DNA of 64,000 nt, taken from NCBI GenBank assembly GCA_965231045.1, contig OZ246406.1, forward strand, positions 52,295 to 116,294, written 5' to 3'. Made by a program: the position numbers and the translations under genes. This document shows positions 63,596 to 64,000 of the stretch, one piece after another. This DNA comes from an uncultured Candidatus Saccharibacteria bacterium. Its GTDB lineage: Bacteria > Patescibacteriota > Saccharimonadia > Saccharimonadales > JAGQNJ01. The notes under the pieces are model-generated. The model had not been told where the DNA came from. It ran no database searches and worked only from the letters and a program-made list of their open reading frames with translations. Within the stretch, counting starts at the first letter, position 1, and each line of letters opens with the position of its first letter.

Positions 63596-64000
63596 ATGTT
63601 CGGCAGAAAACAAAAACCATCAAAAAATCCTAGACGTGGCTCAGCTAATACTGACCGTGCGGTCTTTTCGTACTACCAAAATCGGGTTATCCCGGGAGAC
63701 GATAGTGTTAAAGCTTCTGAGGAACGCAAACAGAAGCAAGAGTTAAGTTTTCGTAGACATCATATATTAACTTTTCTTACATTACTTGTAATAACCGCAA
63801 GCTTTATTTATATCCTCTCACTTAGCACAAGCCCCAAAGTTATCATCGTTAACCAACAAGATCAGGCAACCCAGTCTCTGTTGCGATCAGCTGACACATA
63901 CCAACAAGCAACTCAAAAAATACTCGAAGGATCAATTTTTAATCGCAGTAAGGTTAGTATTAATACGACCTCAGTAGCTCATTCCCTTCAAGAGCAATTT
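63596..64000 (+). CDS. ftsQ: FtsQ/DivIB-like cell division protein, 3' end cut by window edge
   Basis: Hand translation from the ATG at 63596 is open to the window end. Basic cytoplasmic tail, one TM (ILTFLTLLVITASFIYILSL), then an extracytoplasmic start. Assigned mainly from its position after murG. Confidence 0.5.
   Translation, partial: MFGRKQKPSKNPRRGSANTDRAVFSYYQNRVIPGDDSVKASEERKQKQELSFRRHHILTFLTLLVITASFIYILSLSTSPKVIIVNQQDQATQSLLRSADTYQQATQKILEGSIFNRSKVSINTTSVAHSLQEQF

Noticed and set aside
1-64000. Search for CRISPR arrays, transposases, integrases, prophage genes, rRNA, tRNA, tmRNA, SRP RNA and RNase P RNA
   Set aside because: I saw no regularly spaced repeats, no DDE or tyrosine recombinase motifs in any ORF, and none of the conserved RNA signature strings I know. 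Rfam and tRNAscan scans would be needed to be certain.

Overview
This 64-kb window is densely coding, about 44% GC by eye. Roughly 90% of genes lie on the + strand. It looks like the origin-proximal core (parA-parB at the left edge) of a small, reduced, monoderm-type bacterial genome. Gene content suggests a Patescibacteria/CPR organism, probably Saccharibacteria-like; this is inference, not a database result. The supporting features are a class I LysRS, Firmicute-like gene order with metabolic genes missing, a stripped-down dcw cluster, a DUF5652-like small protein and many small membrane orphans. Most of the window is housekeeping: translation (rpsB-tsf-frr, rpmE, rpmA, prfA, prfB, prmC, hpf, proS, lysK, serS, glyQS, rsmE, rsmH), secretion and envelope (lepB, secA, LCP, htrA, rseP, ctpA, ftsEX plus a CHAP hydrolase), and DNA (parAB, xseAB, recO). 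The dcw cluster mraZ-rsmH-ftsL-ftsI-mraY-ftsW-murG-ftsQ runs to the right edge. I found no tRNA, rRNA, CRISPR array, transposase or integrase. Items worth a second look: (1) a 7-TM protein at 25192-25977 that I read as a divergent heliorhodopsin, with the Schiff-base Lys kept and the counterion Glu changed to Asp; (2) a 1244-aa cytoplasmic orphan protein between rpmE and rpsB; (3) an adjacent histidine-kinase-like / receiver-like pair in which both phospho-acceptor residues are Glu; (4) a four-box GTGGGT MraZ operator array, followed by an unusually long, hairpin-rich 380-nt non-coding spacer between mraZ and rsmH; (5) a small accessory islet at 51.6-56.0 kb of orphan genes, each with a near-consensus sigma-70 promoter 7-10 nt from its ATG (predicted leaderless mRNAs), containing an unannotated 43-aa membrane ORF and a Tat-like signal peptide. 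All family assignments rest on motifs read by eye in the supplied translations. No searches were run.
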